From contig OY759353.1 in NCBI GenBank assembly GCA_963662315.1, positions 4,416,001 through 4,480,000 of the forward strand: a DNA stretch of 64,000 bases, read 5' to 3'. The notes beneath the pieces were generated by a model. That model searched no databases. It saw only the letters and a program-made list of their open reading frames with translations, and had not been told where the DNA came from. Of this stretch, positions 21,564 through 32,355 are shown in pieces (the first letter of the stretch is position 1; each line of letters opens with the position of its first letter). The DNA comes from Geopsychrobacteraceae bacterium. GTDB lineage: Bacteria > Desulfobacterota > Desulfuromonadia > Desulfuromonadales > Geopsychrobacteraceae. Made by a program: the position numbers and the translations under genes.

Positions 21564-22161
21564 GGTGCGAAGCTGATCGGAAACGCACTGTCGTTGGCAC
21601 AGTGATCCAGATGGGTATCCTAGCGATTCAGAACGGTGCGAAGCTGATCGGAAACGCACTGTCGTTGGCACCACACACCATGGTAAACAGATCGCAAAGG
21701 GTTGAGGTGCGAAGCTGATCGGAAACGCACTGTCGTTGGCACACTGAACGCATGAGAAGCCAGGGAGTCACAGACCGGTGCGAAGCTGATCGGAAACGCA
21801 CTGTCGTTGGCACGGCATCACCGTATCCCCGTACTCATCGATCAAGTGGTGCGAAGCTGATCGGAAACGCACTGTCGTTGGCACCCACCCTGATTGCCCT
21901 ATCAATAAGGGGTGCTTTGGGTGCGAAGCTGATCGGAAACGCACTGTCGTTGGCACTCTGTAAATACATAGAAGTTAATAATAATCCAGTGGTGCGAAGC
22001 TGATCGGAAACGCACTGTCGTTGGCACTTCCTATCCCTAAACCGTCTCCACTCAAGCCCACGGTGCGAAGCTGATCGGAAACGCACTGTCGTTGGCACAA
22101 CTTGCGCATGGGTGTGACATGCGACTCCATTAGGGTGCGAAGCTGATCGGAAACGCACTGT
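21564..22161 (+). CRISPR. CRISPR array: 8 full 37-bp repeats GGTGCGAAGCTGATCGGAAACGCACTGTCGTTGGCAC, a truncated 9th repeat, 8 unique spacers of 34-35 bp
   Basis: Repeats start at 21564, 21635, 21706, 21777, 21848, 21920, 21991, 22062 and 22134 (28 bp); internal GTGCG/CGCAC palindrome. Confidence 0.98.
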
Positions 22162-22333
22162 GGATTTTACCTTGGCTCGAGCACTGGCCCTACAACATCC
22201 ATAGCATATCCCCACGACCTATCGCCGTAGGCCTAGCAAAACCAATACTCATTCACAATACAAACATCCCAGCAACTTTAGTTTAATGGTGGTGTAGTTT
22301 GGGGTGATGTGTGTTCCGGTATGCACTACTAGG

Positions 22334-22367
<34 letters not shown>

Positions 22368-22371
22368 GCTG

Positions 22372-23319
22372 TTACCAATCGGGTAGGTCGATCCGCGCCT
22401 CTTGCCGTGGGTCCGGTGGCGCAGGATCAAGACCATCCACGATGCAGCGATATTTATACTCTTCTAAGACCTCCGCTTGCGTCTGAGGGTCAAGCTCAAC
22501 TGAAAAACCGACCCACTTAAGGTTTAGTTGCTGCACTTTGAGGAGCTGGCCCGCTATAGGATGATCCTTTAGGCACTGGATCAGCAGGGTGGTGCGCTGC
22601 TCTCTGTCGGCTGGGCTATGCACTAGGGTAACAGGGTCAGCCACTGGAAGTAAGTCTTCGCTGAGACAGCCCCAGCATTTGCCGTACTGCCAAACCGTGC
22701 CCTTGTCGGCAACTGGTTGTTTGCTGAGGTAGTGGATAAGGTCGCCTGCGCCTGGGCGATGCTTGCCGTGGTACATGGCCTGGACATTAACACTGCGGTG
22801 TAATGATTCTGGGTCCGCGTTTTTGTGGATACGGTCGCGCCAGATGGTGTTTATGGTGGCGGTAACGTCTCTGATCTGCTGGCGTACCGCTAAGAACATC
22901 ATTAGGTGTAGATGCAATAGGCCTGTTGCGCCAAGTTCCACTTTCCAGATGGACCCTTGCCAGTCGGGGCCGTAATGATTACTAAGGCTACGCCCTAGCG
23001 CCCTACGTACTTTGGCTAGGTCTCCTTTAGCGTAGTCAGTGCCGGTCGGCATGTTCAGCGTCAGGAAAAATCCTCTACCCGAAGGGCTACCCTTCGCAAG
23101 CTCTAGGTAGGGTTCCCAGTCGATGGAGTGGGCGCACCGGCGGTAACGACGCTGAGACTGCGGGGTGAACGTCTGGATCTCAGCCCTTGGTGCTCCTATT
23201 GTGGTGAGGTTTATATCTGCTGCAGGCGCAGTGTTACTATTGTTGTGTGTGGTGTAGTAATCGTACGTAGACGACGTCAACGTACCATCTGGGTACAAGG
23301 TATACTGTTGCAATCGCAT
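22372..23319 (-). CDS. Rolling-circle replication initiator (HUH endonuclease)
   Basis: Motif I FFLTLN, motif II WKVELGATGLLHLHLMM, motif III IHYLSK. Confidence 0.78.
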   Translation of the reverse strand: MRLQQYTLYPDGTLTSSTYDYYTTHNNSNTAPAADINLTTIGAPRAEIQTFTPQSQRRYRRCAHSIDWEPYLELAKGSPSGRGFFLTLNMPTGTDYAKGDLAKVRRALGRSLSNHYGPDWQGSIWKVELGATGLLHLHLMMFLAVRQQIRDVTATINTIWRDRIHKNADPESLHRSVNVQAMYHGKHRPGAGDLIHYLSKQPVADKGTVWQYGKCWGCLSEDLLPVADPVTLVHSPADREQRTTLLIQCLKDHPIAGQLLKVQQLNLKWVGFSVELDPQTQAEVLEEYKYRCIVDGLDPAPPDPRQEARIDLPDW

Positions 23320-23441
23320 GGAGTAGGCTCTCTGTGGCGTCGCAGCGAAGGAATAAAGAGAGGCCCGCCGACGCTGCGACGACGTCGACGGGACTTATGA
23401 AGCTAACTCTGGCCTGAGTCAGCTTTGTTGGTAGGGTAGGG

Positions 23442-23780
23442 TTATTCTGAGGCGTCAATCCCAAGTGTGCGGTACACGTCGATCAGGTGTGTTGCACCGT
23501 CAGGGATAATGTCTTTATTGCGAGCAAGTTCGATGTAACGCCAGACAGACTGGGGGCTGGCGTCGAGTTCGCGCCGCGCCCAGATGCTGAATAAAGCTTC
23601 ATTGCTTCCAAACCTGTTAGTAAGGACGTCGAGTAAATAAACACCGCATGCGAGGCGGTGGTTTACTGCATTATGCAGGAGGTTAAGTTCTTGCGCGATG
23701 ATGTCTGAGGTTGCTTTGGTTTTGCGGATATATGCGGACATAACTAGATGACTCCTGTTTGGTTTTGTAGGGGGATTCAT
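23442..23780 (-). CDS. Hypothetical protein, possibly DUF3102-like
   Basis: G.YL...FG...F..W....L..S..S.WRY..LA pattern; same strand as rep. Confidence 0.4.
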   Translation of the reverse strand: MNPPTKPNRSHLVMSAYIRKTKATSDIIAQELNLLHNAVNHRLACGVYLLDVLTNRFGSNEALFSIWARRELDASPQSVWRYIELARNKDIIPDGATHLIDVYRTLGIDASE

Positions 23781-24066
23781 CTAGTTATGTGCAGATTTGA
23801 GTAAAAAAATATTAGATTAAGTTACGTATTTATTTACCCTGAATCTAGGGTACGGGAGTGTCGATAACTCCCTTTATGTGGCATCTTGGGCAGATAGTAT
23901 TATATTGCGGTTATTGTCCTGTTTGCCAGGATAAATCCCCTAGCGAAGCAATCAAATATTGGGCCGACGCAGTATCCATGCGGATTTGCTGAAGCGATTA
24001 AGGCACCTAGTGGTGACGGAGTATGGTGAGTGGGTGGCGCCAAGCTCGTAAGGCGGGCTTGCTCGG

Positions 24067-24360
24067 TCAATTGACTGCGGCGCGAGCTGCAAACCAGGTG
24101 ATGAAGGTGTCGACGGGGTAGCAGATCTTTTTGCCCACTAAAATGTGAGGAGGCCCTTCTTGTGCGCTGTCAAGATTAGCCATGTAGCCTGAAGTGTATG
24201 TGCCACCAGTGAACTCTGAGATTTTACTGCGAGCGACTATGGGTGAGGGCCACTTCTCAGCGAATACTGCGAAGTCAAATGGGGTATGGTTGGATGTTGA
24301 TACTACAGTGGTACTGTCTGTCAATGTGTGCTCCTGTGGATGGGCGGATAGTAGACGCAC
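24067..24360 (-). CDS. Excisionase/AlpA-like winged-HTH protein
   Basis: SGYMANLDSAQEGP...VGKKICYPV...W pattern; near att; true start probably downstream of 24360. Confidence 0.6.
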   Translation of the reverse strand: MRLLSAHPQEHTLTDSTTVVSTSNHTPFDFAVFAEKWPSPIVARSKISEFTGGTYTSGYMANLDSAQEGPPHILVGKKICYPVDTFITWFAARAAVN

Positions 24361-24600
24361 GTATACGCAGGCTGGATAGAATCCGCTTGTGTGTGAGTCA
24401 TGTTGTGATGAATAGTTTGGCTCGGGAAATGAGCCTAATTATGAAATTAGGGCCACTAATATGCAGCAAGTCAGGATCTTTGTCAAATTTTAAATGATTA
24501 AAAGAAGCTAATTACAGGGACCCGCTGTGATCTGTGAAGAAAAGAGGGCTGGAAAGAAATTGAAGAACTGGGAGAGTGCTGGGAGAGAACAGCAGAAAAT

Positions 24601-24644
24601 AAAACGGATACTTAGTGAAATTTTCACCTAAGTACCCGTTTTTT
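24601..24644 (-). terminator. Terminator downstream of tRNA-Thr, supplied by the element
   Basis: AAAACGGATACTTAG...CTAAGTACCCGTTTT hairpin. Confidence 0.6.
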
Positions 24645-24647
24645 AAC

Positions 24648-24723
<76 letters not shown>

Positions 24724-24960
24724 ATTGAGGTCTGATTTTCTACCGCAATTTATCGTAAGAGTCAATATTCATTACAGCTATTATTCCGATAAAACGGCAG
24801 ATCCTATGCGCCAGAGACGGACTTTTTCGCTTAATGTCTCAGCAGTTGCCTGGAAAAGTGAGTAAAATTTATTCAAACTGTTGCTGAAAATGATTTATAA
24901 ATCATTCAGGAAGGCTACGGCTCTACGGATTTTAGCGATGATATTCGATTTTTATGAAAC

Positions 24961-24976
24961 AGGCACGGTTCAAGCA
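24961..24976 (+). promoter_or_regulatory. Candidate sigma54 promoter
   Basis: AGGCACGGTTCAAGCA (GG-N10-GC), ~40 bp upstream of the ATP-grasp gene. Confidence 0.5.
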
Positions 24977-25017
24977 ATATCAGGTGCGGTTGCGCTTATT
25001 TCTCTTTCAGACGGGTA

Positions 25018-26511
25018 ATGCTATCTATGAGTTCACAAATTCCGGAATTGTTTGATTGTTGTGATGCTGCCCCATACGATGAGGCCTTTAGTGCCAACGG
25101 TGAGGTCAGGGGGACTTATCAAAAGGCGGTCGAGTATTTTCGGCACAAAGGGGTGGACGGAACTGCAGACATGCAGCAATCTGCTGATTTTTCTCTGCTT
25201 AATCAGGGGGTCACCTTTACCGTTTATTCTGACGCCCGTGGTACGGAAAAGATTTTCCCTTTCGATCTGATGCCACGCATTCTGACCAGCACTGAATGGC
25301 GCCATATAGAGGCCGGGGTCATTCAACGTATGACCGCTCTGAACCTGTTTCTGGAAGATGTCTATCACGATCAGAAAATTCTTAAAGACGGAGTCGTGCC
25401 GACCCATCAGGTTGTCGGCTCCAGTCTATATTGCCGCGAAATGACGCGGCTTAATCCTCCTGGCGGTATTCATGTTCACATTGGCGGGATTGATTTGATT
25501 CGTAACCAGAGCGGTGATTTCCATATCCTGGAAGATAACCTGCGGGTGCCTTCCGGGGTTTCGTATGTTCTTGAAAACCGCATGGTCATGGCCCGGGCCT
25601 TGCCGGAGCTGATGGAAAATTACCGGGTTCTTCCGGTTGACCACTATCCGCAGATGTTATTTGACAGCCTGGTGTCTTTGACTGATGCCAAGAAACCGAC
25701 CATCGCCGTTCTGACGCCGGGTATTTACAACTCTGCTTATTTTGAACATTCCTTCCTCGCCGGGCAAATGGGCGTCGAATTGGTCGAGGGGCAGGATCTG
25801 GTTGTCGATCAGGATGTGCTTTATATGAAGGACATCACCGGTTTGAAACGGGTTGATGTTCTGTACCTGCGGCTCGATACGGATTTTCTTGATCCCCTGG
25901 TGTTCCGGGCTGATTCCATTCTTGGGGTTCCCGGCCTGATGAACGCTTACCGGGCCGGCAATGTCGCCCTGGCCAACGCGCCGGGCAACGGTGTTGCTGA
26001 TGACAAGGCCTTGTATGCTTACACCCCGGATATTATCCGTTACTATCTGGATCAAGATCCGATTTTGCCGATTATTCCGACCTACCTCGGCTCGCGGCCT
26101 GATGAACTCAAATACATGGTTGAGAACCTCGCATCCCTTGTCGTTAAGCCTACGGATGCTTCAGGAGGCTATGGTCTGCTGGTCGGTTCCCATGCCACCA
26201 AGGACGAGCTGGCGGAGTTCCGGACCAAGCTGCTTGAGCGGCCTGAAGGGTACATTGCTCAGCCGATTCAACAACTGTCCACCCATCCGTCATTTCTGGA
26301 GCAGGAGGGGCAAAAAGGGTTCTTTTCTCGGCATATTGATCTGCGGCCGTTTGCTGTTTGTAATGCGGCTGGTGATGTCAAAGTCCTGCCTGGCGGGTTA
26401 ACCAGGGTCGCTCTTAAGCGCGGCAGTCTGGTTGTCAACTCATCGCAGGGGGGAGGCAGTAAAGATACCTGGGTTCTGCGGGACAGCCGTCAGGAGGGTG
26501 CGAATGCTTAG
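25018..26511 (+). CDS. Circularly permuted type 2 ATP-grasp protein
   Basis: FPFDLMPR, LEDNLRVPSGVSY, NSAYFEH, PGGLTRVAL, VVNSSQGGGSKDTWV. Confidence 0.93.
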   Translation: MLSMSSQIPELFDCCDAAPYDEAFSANGEVRGTYQKAVEYFRHKGVDGTADMQQSADFSLLNQGVTFTVYSDARGTEKIFPFDLMPRILTSTEWRHIEAGVIQRMTALNLFLEDVYHDQKILKDGVVPTHQVVGSSLYCREMTRLNPPGGIHVHIGGIDLIRNQSGDFHILEDNLRVPSGVSYVLENRMVMARALPELMENYRVLPVDHYPQMLFDSLVSLTDAKKPTIAVLTPGIYNSAYFEHSFLAGQMGVELVEGQDLVVDQDVLYMKDITGLKRVDVLYLRLDTDFLDPLVFRADSILGVPGLMNAYRAGNVALANAPGNGVADDKALYAYTPDIIRYYLDQDPILPIIPTYLGSRPDELKYMVENLASLVVKPTDASGGYGLLVGSHATKDELAEFRTKLLERPEGYIAQPIQQLSTHPSFLEQEGQKGFFSRHIDLRPFAVCNAAGDVKVLPGGLTRVALKRGSLVVNSSQGGGSKDTWVLRDSRQEGANA

Positions 26512-27496
26512 TCGTATTGCCAGAAATTTGTTCGAACTTGGGCAGCAGATTGAACGTACCGAAAATATCGCCCGTTTGCTTGAGGTCAATGAAAAGATGA
26601 CTATTCAGGGGGAGTCTGTCCCTGAAATGGATATCTGGTCACCGCTGCTTGCTGTTACCCGTATCGATGATAATTACCACCAGCAATATGATGTGGTGAC
26701 CAGGCAGAAGGTTATCAACTATCTGTTGTGGGATACCAGTCATGCCTATTCCGTGGCATCGTGTCTATCACGTGCCCGTCAGCTGGCGCGCACCGTGCGG
26801 GAACGGATCAGCGAGGAGATGTGGCTTCTGCTCAACAGTGCCTATCATGATCAGGAGAAGCTCAGGAGTATTCGTGAACAGCAGCTGTTTAACTGGAAGA
26901 TTCAGCGCTTCTGCAATGCTTTCTACGGACTGACCAACAATACCATGGTCCATGGTCAATCCTGGCATTTTTTCCAACTGGGCAGTGCACTGGAACGGGC
27001 GCTGATGACCTGTCGTATTCTCGAGATGAAGTACCACATCCTGTTACCCCATTCCAGTGATGTTGGTACGCCTGTTGACCTGCATCAGTGGCAGGGACTG
27101 CTGCGCTCGGTGTCAGGTTATGAGGCTTATCGCCGTCTTTATCTGGCGCGTATTGACCCGGCCAATGTGCTTAATCTGTTGTTGACCAATGTGCGTTTTC
27201 CACGTTCTGTTCACTATTGTATCCAGCAGGCTCATGCTTCGTTCAGGGGCATCGGCATGTATAATGAAGAGCAGTTCAAGCTGTTTATGAAGGTTGAAGA
27301 ATTCCTGGAAGACCTGCGCGAAGGTGTTCATGGTGAAGATATTCTTGCCACCGGCTTTTTTGAGTTCCTTCAAGCGCTGGAAAGCAGGATAGAGATGCTC
27401 ATTGGCATGACTCATCAAGCTTATTTTAACTCAATCACCGTGACCGTCCTGGATGAACATCAACGGCGTCTGGCGATTCAGATACCACAACAGTAG
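26504..27496 (+). CDS. Alpha-E domain protein
   Basis: MLSRIA...IERTENIARLL, LERA...RIL, FPRSV; follows the ATP-grasp gene. Confidence 0.88.
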   Translation: MLSRIARNLFELGQQIERTENIARLLEVNEKMTIQGESVPEMDIWSPLLAVTRIDDNYHQQYDVVTRQKVINYLLWDTSHAYSVASCLSRARQLARTVRERISEEMWLLLNSAYHDQEKLRSIREQQLFNWKIQRFCNAFYGLTNNTMVHGQSWHFFQLGSALERALMTCRILEMKYHILLPHSSDVGTPVDLHQWQGLLRSVSGYEAYRRLYLARIDPANVLNLLLTNVRFPRSVHYCIQQAHASFRGIGMYNEEQFKLFMKVEEFLEDLREGVHGEDILATGFFEFLQALESRIEMLIGMTHQAYFNSITVTVLDEHQRRLAIQIPQQ

Positions 27497-27505
27497 GGGA
27501 GCTCT

Positions 27506-28390
27506 ATGAAACCGTTAGGCAAGAATCAGAAGGTTGTGCTGGGAGTGACCCATAAAACTAGTTTTACTTACAGTGAGGCGGTATCCCAGTCCCACAATGA
27601 ACTGCGTATGTCGCCAGTCGATACTGGGCTGCAGCGGGTTCTGAAGCACGAGATCAGTATTGATCCGAAAGTGAATTTGCGCCAACACATCGATCACTTC
27701 GGCAACCAGGTGGTGCACTTTAATCTGCTCGAACCGCATAATCACCTGATCATTACCGCTGTTTCGGAGGTCGAGACCATCAATGAGTTCAGCTGTGGTG
27801 CCGAAGCGGAACCTGATCCACGCCCTTATCAGGACAGGCTGGTCGAATTTCTCGACTGGACGGCCGGAGTGCCGCAGTTGATCGAGTATGGTGAAGTTCC
27901 TGTGACTGAAGGCTTAAGCTCAACCGCTACTGAAGCGGAATTCAGGGCCGCTCTGCAGGAGCTTGCGGCTTATTTTTATCAGACCTTTACTTACCGGGTG
28001 GATGTGACCAATGTCTATTCAACCCCTCGTGAGTTGTTTGCCAATCAGGCCGGGGTCTGTCAGGATATGGCCCATGCCTTGCTTGGTGTGTTACGCCTTC
28101 ATGGTGTGCCGGCTCGTTATGTCAGTGGTTATGTTTTAAACACTGAGGATCAGGCTGACGATCTTACCCTGCGCGGTAGTGGAGCAACCCATGCCTGGGT
28201 GCATGCCTGGCATGAAGGTGCTGGCTGGATCGGCATAGATCCGACCAATAATAAGCTGGTCGATTGGCAGTATGTGCGCACGGCGGTTGGGCGCGATTAT
28301 TTTGATGTCCAGCCGGTGCGGGGAGTGTTTCAGGGCACAACGGAACAGCAGATGTCCGTGGCTGTCGAGGTCCGGGTTTTAAGTCAGTAA
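27506..28390 (+). CDS. Transglutaminase-like protein
   Basis: GVCQDMAH, ARYVSGY, HAWV, DPTN, GRDY. Confidence 0.92.
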   Translation: MKPLGKNQKVVLGVTHKTSFTYSEAVSQSHNELRMSPVDTGLQRVLKHEISIDPKVNLRQHIDHFGNQVVHFNLLEPHNHLIITAVSEVETINEFSCGAEAEPDPRPYQDRLVEFLDWTAGVPQLIEYGEVPVTEGLSSTATEAEFRAALQELAAYFYQTFTYRVDVTNVYSTPRELFANQAGVCQDMAHALLGVLRLHGVPARYVSGYVLNTEDQADDLTLRGSGATHAWVHAWHEGAGWIGIDPTNNKLVDWQYVRTAVGRDYFDVQPVRGVFQGTTEQQMSVAVEVRVLSQ

Positions 28391-28563
28391 TAATTTTTTG
28401 TGGAAAACACCTGTCATTACAACCTGAAGGCCTGATTGATGCCCTGTTCTGTGGCGGGAGATGTCAATCAGGCCTTGTCTGTTGGTTGTATTGATTTATA
28501 CTGAAGGTTGTACAGCAATTTGTGTTTGTTTTTGTCTGTCACCAACAAGGAGGACCATTGACA

Positions 28564-29142
28564 ATGTCAAAAAGTATCAAAGGAACCGAAACGGAAAAGA
28601 ACTTATTGATTTCTTTTGCCGGGGAATCGCAAGCACGTATGCGTTATAACTACTTTGCCAGCATCGCCAAAAAAGATGGCTATGTTCAGATTGCTGACAT
28701 TTTTGAGGAAACAGCCAATCAGGAAAAAGAACATGCCAAGCGATTTTTTAAATTCCTGGAAGGTGGTGACCTTCAGGTGACAGCGACCTATCCGGCTGGA
28801 AAAATGGGGTCGACAACGGAGAATCTGGCGGCCGCTGCCGCCGGTGAGCTGGAAGAACATGCCGATATGTACCCGGCATTTGCCGCCATTGCCCGCCAGG
28901 AAGGGTTTCCTGAGATAGCCGCTGCCTGGACCGCAATCTGTGTCGCAGAGCAACAGCATGAAAAACGTTTTCGCGATCTGCTGAGCAATATCGAGCATGG
29001 CCGGGTCTTTGCCCGGGAGGAAAAGGTTGTCTGGCGGTGTCGCAACTGTGGTTACCTGCACGAAGGTACCAGCGCCCCTGAGAAGTGTCCTGCCTGCATC
29101 CACCCTCAGGCGCATTTCGAGCTGTTGGCCGAAAACTGGTAA
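28564..29142 (+). CDS. rbr: Rubrerythrin
   Basis: TEKNLLISFAGESQAR, EKEHAK, CRNCG...CPAC. Confidence 0.95.
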   Translation: MSKSIKGTETEKNLLISFAGESQARMRYNYFASIAKKDGYVQIADIFEETANQEKEHAKRFFKFLEGGDLQVTATYPAGKMGSTTENLAAAAAGELEEHADMYPAFAAIARQEGFPEIAAAWTAICVAEQQHEKRFRDLLSNIEHGRVFAREEKVVWRCRNCGYLHEGTSAPEKCPACIHPQAHFELLAENW

Positions 29143-29205
29143 GAGGCTTGAATTGTTAAGGGCGAGCGCCGCATTCAGAGGCGATCGCCCTTAACCGATA
29201 CGTCT

Positions 29206-30156
29206 TCAGACCAGAATGTTTTTCGCTGTCCAGCCGTTTAGTATGTCATCAATGGCTTGCGCTGCTTCCAATGCGACGCGCTGCGCAGATTCCTTTGTCG
29301 TTCCCGCATTATGAGGGGACAGAATCACATTGTCCAATTTAAGCAGTTCATTATCCAGAGCTGGTGGTTCAGGGGCGAACACATCTAGGGCGGCCCCCGC
29401 GATCTGACCGGTTTTTAAAGCGTTTATCAGTGCTTGTTCATCGACCAATTCGCTGCGGGAGCAATTGATAAAATGGGCTGAGGGTTTCATCAGGGCAAAT
29501 TCCCTGCTACTGACGCAGTTCCTGGTCTGCTCTGTGACCGGTAGGTGGATACTGATAATGTCTGCATGATGAAAAACAAACTCCCAGTCTTCGGTGAGCT
29601 CAATTCCAGCAAGCCCGTAATCCCTGCTTTTGTCACGAACATAAGCAATAATGTTCATGTCGAGAGCGAGCATTGCTTTGCGGGCGACTGCCAGACCGAT
29701 TTTCCCTAGGCCGAGAATCCCTAGATTTTTCCGGCAAAGTCGCAGCTCACGGCACGATGCCGGAAGGCAAAGTTGCCCGAACGCGTCGCCACATCACCTA
29801 TACGGAAATAGCGCCCACTGGTAACGATGAAGCCAAGGGTATGATCAGCAACAGTCATGATGTTGCTGGTGGGTGAGTAGGTCACGCGAATACCGGCTTG
29901 CTGCGCTGCCTTCAGATCGACATTATCGTAACCGGTACCGTAGCGGGCAATGATTTTCAGCTTGGGGGCATGGTTCAGGATGTCCTGATTGATTTTGATG
30001 ATGCGTAAAATCATAGCGTCACAATCTGCGATATCCTGTTTAATCTGGTCCCGACTAAGGCCATTGCCGGTAACGATTTGATACCCCCGTTGTTCAAGGA
30101 AGGTGATACCGGCCTGGTCAATTCTTTCAGGTATATAAATAAATTTTATATGGCAA
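29206..30156 (-). pseudogene. D-2-hydroxyacid dehydrogenase (SerA-like), two frameshifts
   Basis: GTGYDNVD in one frame; LGILGLGKIG, INCSR, LDVF, SPHNAG in the next (shift ~29726). A TTAT duplication near 30135-30145 disconnects the TTG start (30156) and its AGGAG RBS. Confidence 0.8.
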
Positions 30157-30397
30157 ACCAGTTCGCTCCTGTTGGAAGAAATAGACGTGCGGCACAGTTG
30201 TAACATCCTTTTGCCCGCGTTTGACATGTTAATGTTTTAGCGAGGGATGATCAAAAAGAAAAGCTTTGAAGCGAGTATTGGTGAGTATACTTGAGTAAAG
30301 CGTGTATTTAAACGGTTCTAGCAGCGATGGCAGATAATAAAAAAGCCGATTCAGAGATCTGAACCGGCTTGTATCATAAGGTTGTGACAGTTGTTGA

Positions 30398-31720
30398 TTA
30401 ATTATAAATCCAGGTAATAACACCCGGGAACATCAACAGAATGGCAAGCGTTGCGATCTGCATCAAAATAAAAGGCCAGACGGATTTGAAGATATCGGTC
30501 AGTTCGATACCTTCCGGTGCCACACTTTTCAGGTAAAAAGCTGCCGGACCGAATGGCGGACTTAAAAAGGATACCTGCATGTTGACACAGAACAACACAC
30601 CAAACCAGATCGGATCATAACCCAGGCTGACGATGATCGGAACGAAGATTGGCATGGTCAGCATGGCAACACCAATCCAGTCAAGGAACATGCCCAGAAT
30701 CAGCAGGATGAACATCATGATCAAAATGGTAAAGATCGGCGGCATGTCAAGACCCATGAACAGGTCATGGATAAACCGATCGCCACCCATCAGGTTGTAG
30801 GTGCCGATAATCATGGTCGCACCAATACCAACCCAGATAATCATCCCGACGGTGCGGATGGTGTGTTTAAGGGCTTCGAAGATAACCGCAATGGTCAATT
30901 CGCGCCGGATTGCTGCCGCAATGGCAACACCGACAACACCGACGCATGCCGATTCGGTAACAGAAGCGACGCCGCCGTAGATACTGCCCAAAATCCAGCC
31001 TGCGATCAGCAGAGGCACGAGGATATCAAGGAACATTTTCTTGACTTCCGCACGACTCATATTGGCCCATTCATTTTCACCCATGGCCGGGCCGAAGTCT
31101 GGCCGGACATTACACAGGACAAGAATGTAAACCATGTACATGCCCGACAGGATACACGCAGCAGGAATGGCTCCGAGGAACAGATCGCCAATGGAGACAT
31201 TGGCGGTCATTCCGTAAATAATAAGAACGATACTCGGAGGGACCATGGTTCCCAGCGCACCGCCTGCGGTAACGGTACCGATGGCGAGTTTCTGATTATA
31301 GCCAAGACGCAGCATCTGTGGCAGGGCCAGCATGCCGAGCAGAACCGTTTCTCCACCGATGATCCCGGACATGGAGGCCAGAATCACGGCGACGATCATA
31401 CTCTGAATAGCAACGCCACCCTTGATTTTACCAGCCATGACGCGCATGGCGTTGTAAAGGTCTTTTGCTATGCCGGTTTTGTCGAGCATGGTGGCCATGA
31501 GCACGAACATAGGGACCGCGACAAAGGTATACGAAGTCGTAAAGTCACTGACCCGGGTCGCGACCATCTGCATGATATTGGCACTGTCAAACCACAAAAA
31601 CGACATGGACAGAGCGATAAAGCCGGTCAGAAAGCCAAGTGGCATGCCGACAAACAGCAGCGACAACATCATCAGAAAAATGACGATGGTTCCAGTTGCA
31701 ATTCCCATGGCACTAAGCAT
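30398..31720 (-). CDS. dctM: TRAP transporter large permease (DctM family)
   Basis: AVPMFVLM, GALGTMVPPS, LSPPFG; highly hydrophobic. Confidence 0.92.
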   Translation of the reverse strand: MLSAMGIATGTIVIFLMMLSLLFVGMPLGFLTGFIALSMSFLWFDSANIMQMVATRVSDFTTSYTFVAVPMFVLMATMLDKTGIAKDLYNAMRVMAGKIKGGVAIQSMIVAVILASMSGIIGGETVLLGMLALPQMLRLGYNQKLAIGTVTAGGALGTMVPPSIVLIIYGMTANVSIGDLFLGAIPAACILSGMYMVYILVLCNVRPDFGPAMGENEWANMSRAEVKKMFLDILVPLLIAGWILGSIYGGVASVTESACVGVVGVAIAAAIRRELTIAVIFEALKHTIRTVGMIIWVGIGATMIIGTYNLMGGDRFIHDLFMGLDMPPIFTILIMMFILLILGMFLDWIGVAMLTMPIFVPIIVSLGYDPIWFGVLFCVNMQVSFLSPPFGPAAFYLKSVAPEGIELTDIFKSVWPFILMQIATLAILLMFPGVITWIYN

Positions 31721-32270
31721 TGGCTTGTTCCTTCTCTTGCTTATCGAGCTTCATCTTCTCGATTTGTTCTTTATAGGTCAGCAGGTGACGCAACAGGTGC
31801 AGAACCACCAGGAAGACCAGCATGATACAGGTCGCGAAAAAGAATCCCTTGTTGATCGCCGGAAACGGGGGGTCAAGTGCGCTACCGGAGGTCTGCATAC
31901 GAAAGGTGCCGAAGGGGGAGAAGAAGGCATCTTTAGCAGATAAAAACGCACCGTAGGTCATCATCAAAGAAAAAACCAGGGTGCAAATTTCCACAAACAG
32001 CATGGACGCCCAACGCAATTTGGGTGGGAAGCTATCTGCAATGAAGGTCATGGCGATATGCTTTTCGTCGGCATAACAAGCGATACCGCCAAACAGCATG
32101 GCCAGGCTGACCAGGAATGAAGTTGTTTCATGCACCCACATGGTTGGGGCGTTAAACAGGTAGCGCATGACAACTTCGTAAAAAGCAATAAGGACCACGA
32201 TCAAAAACAGGATCGAGACAAAGTGGCCCGCGCGGACAAAAATACGATCGATTACCAGACTCGGTTTCAT
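31713..32270 (-). CDS. dctQ: TRAP transporter small permease (DctQ family)
   Basis: YEVVMRYLFNAPTMWVHE; about four TM segments. Confidence 0.9.
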   Translation of the reverse strand: MKPSLVIDRIFVRAGHFVSILFLIVVLIAFYEVVMRYLFNAPTMWVHETTSFLVSLAMLFGGIACYADEKHIAMTFIADSFPPKLRWASMLFVEICTLVFSLMMTYGAFLSAKDAFFSPFGTFRMQTSGSALDPPFPAINKGFFFATCIMLVFLVVLHLLRHLLTYKEQIEKMKLDKQEKEQANA

Positions 32271-32355
32271 TGGATCTTCACCTTGAGCTGAAACAGACAG
32301 ACGCGGACTGCACTTTGGCCGCGGTCCGCGTCTGAATGTAATGACAACTAACGGC

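Noticed and set aside
30767..31825. Long antisense ORFs (also 51300-52286, 61656-62600, 63247-63900, 4004-4690)
   Set aside because: Shadow frames opposite well-supported genes, with no recognisable motifs.
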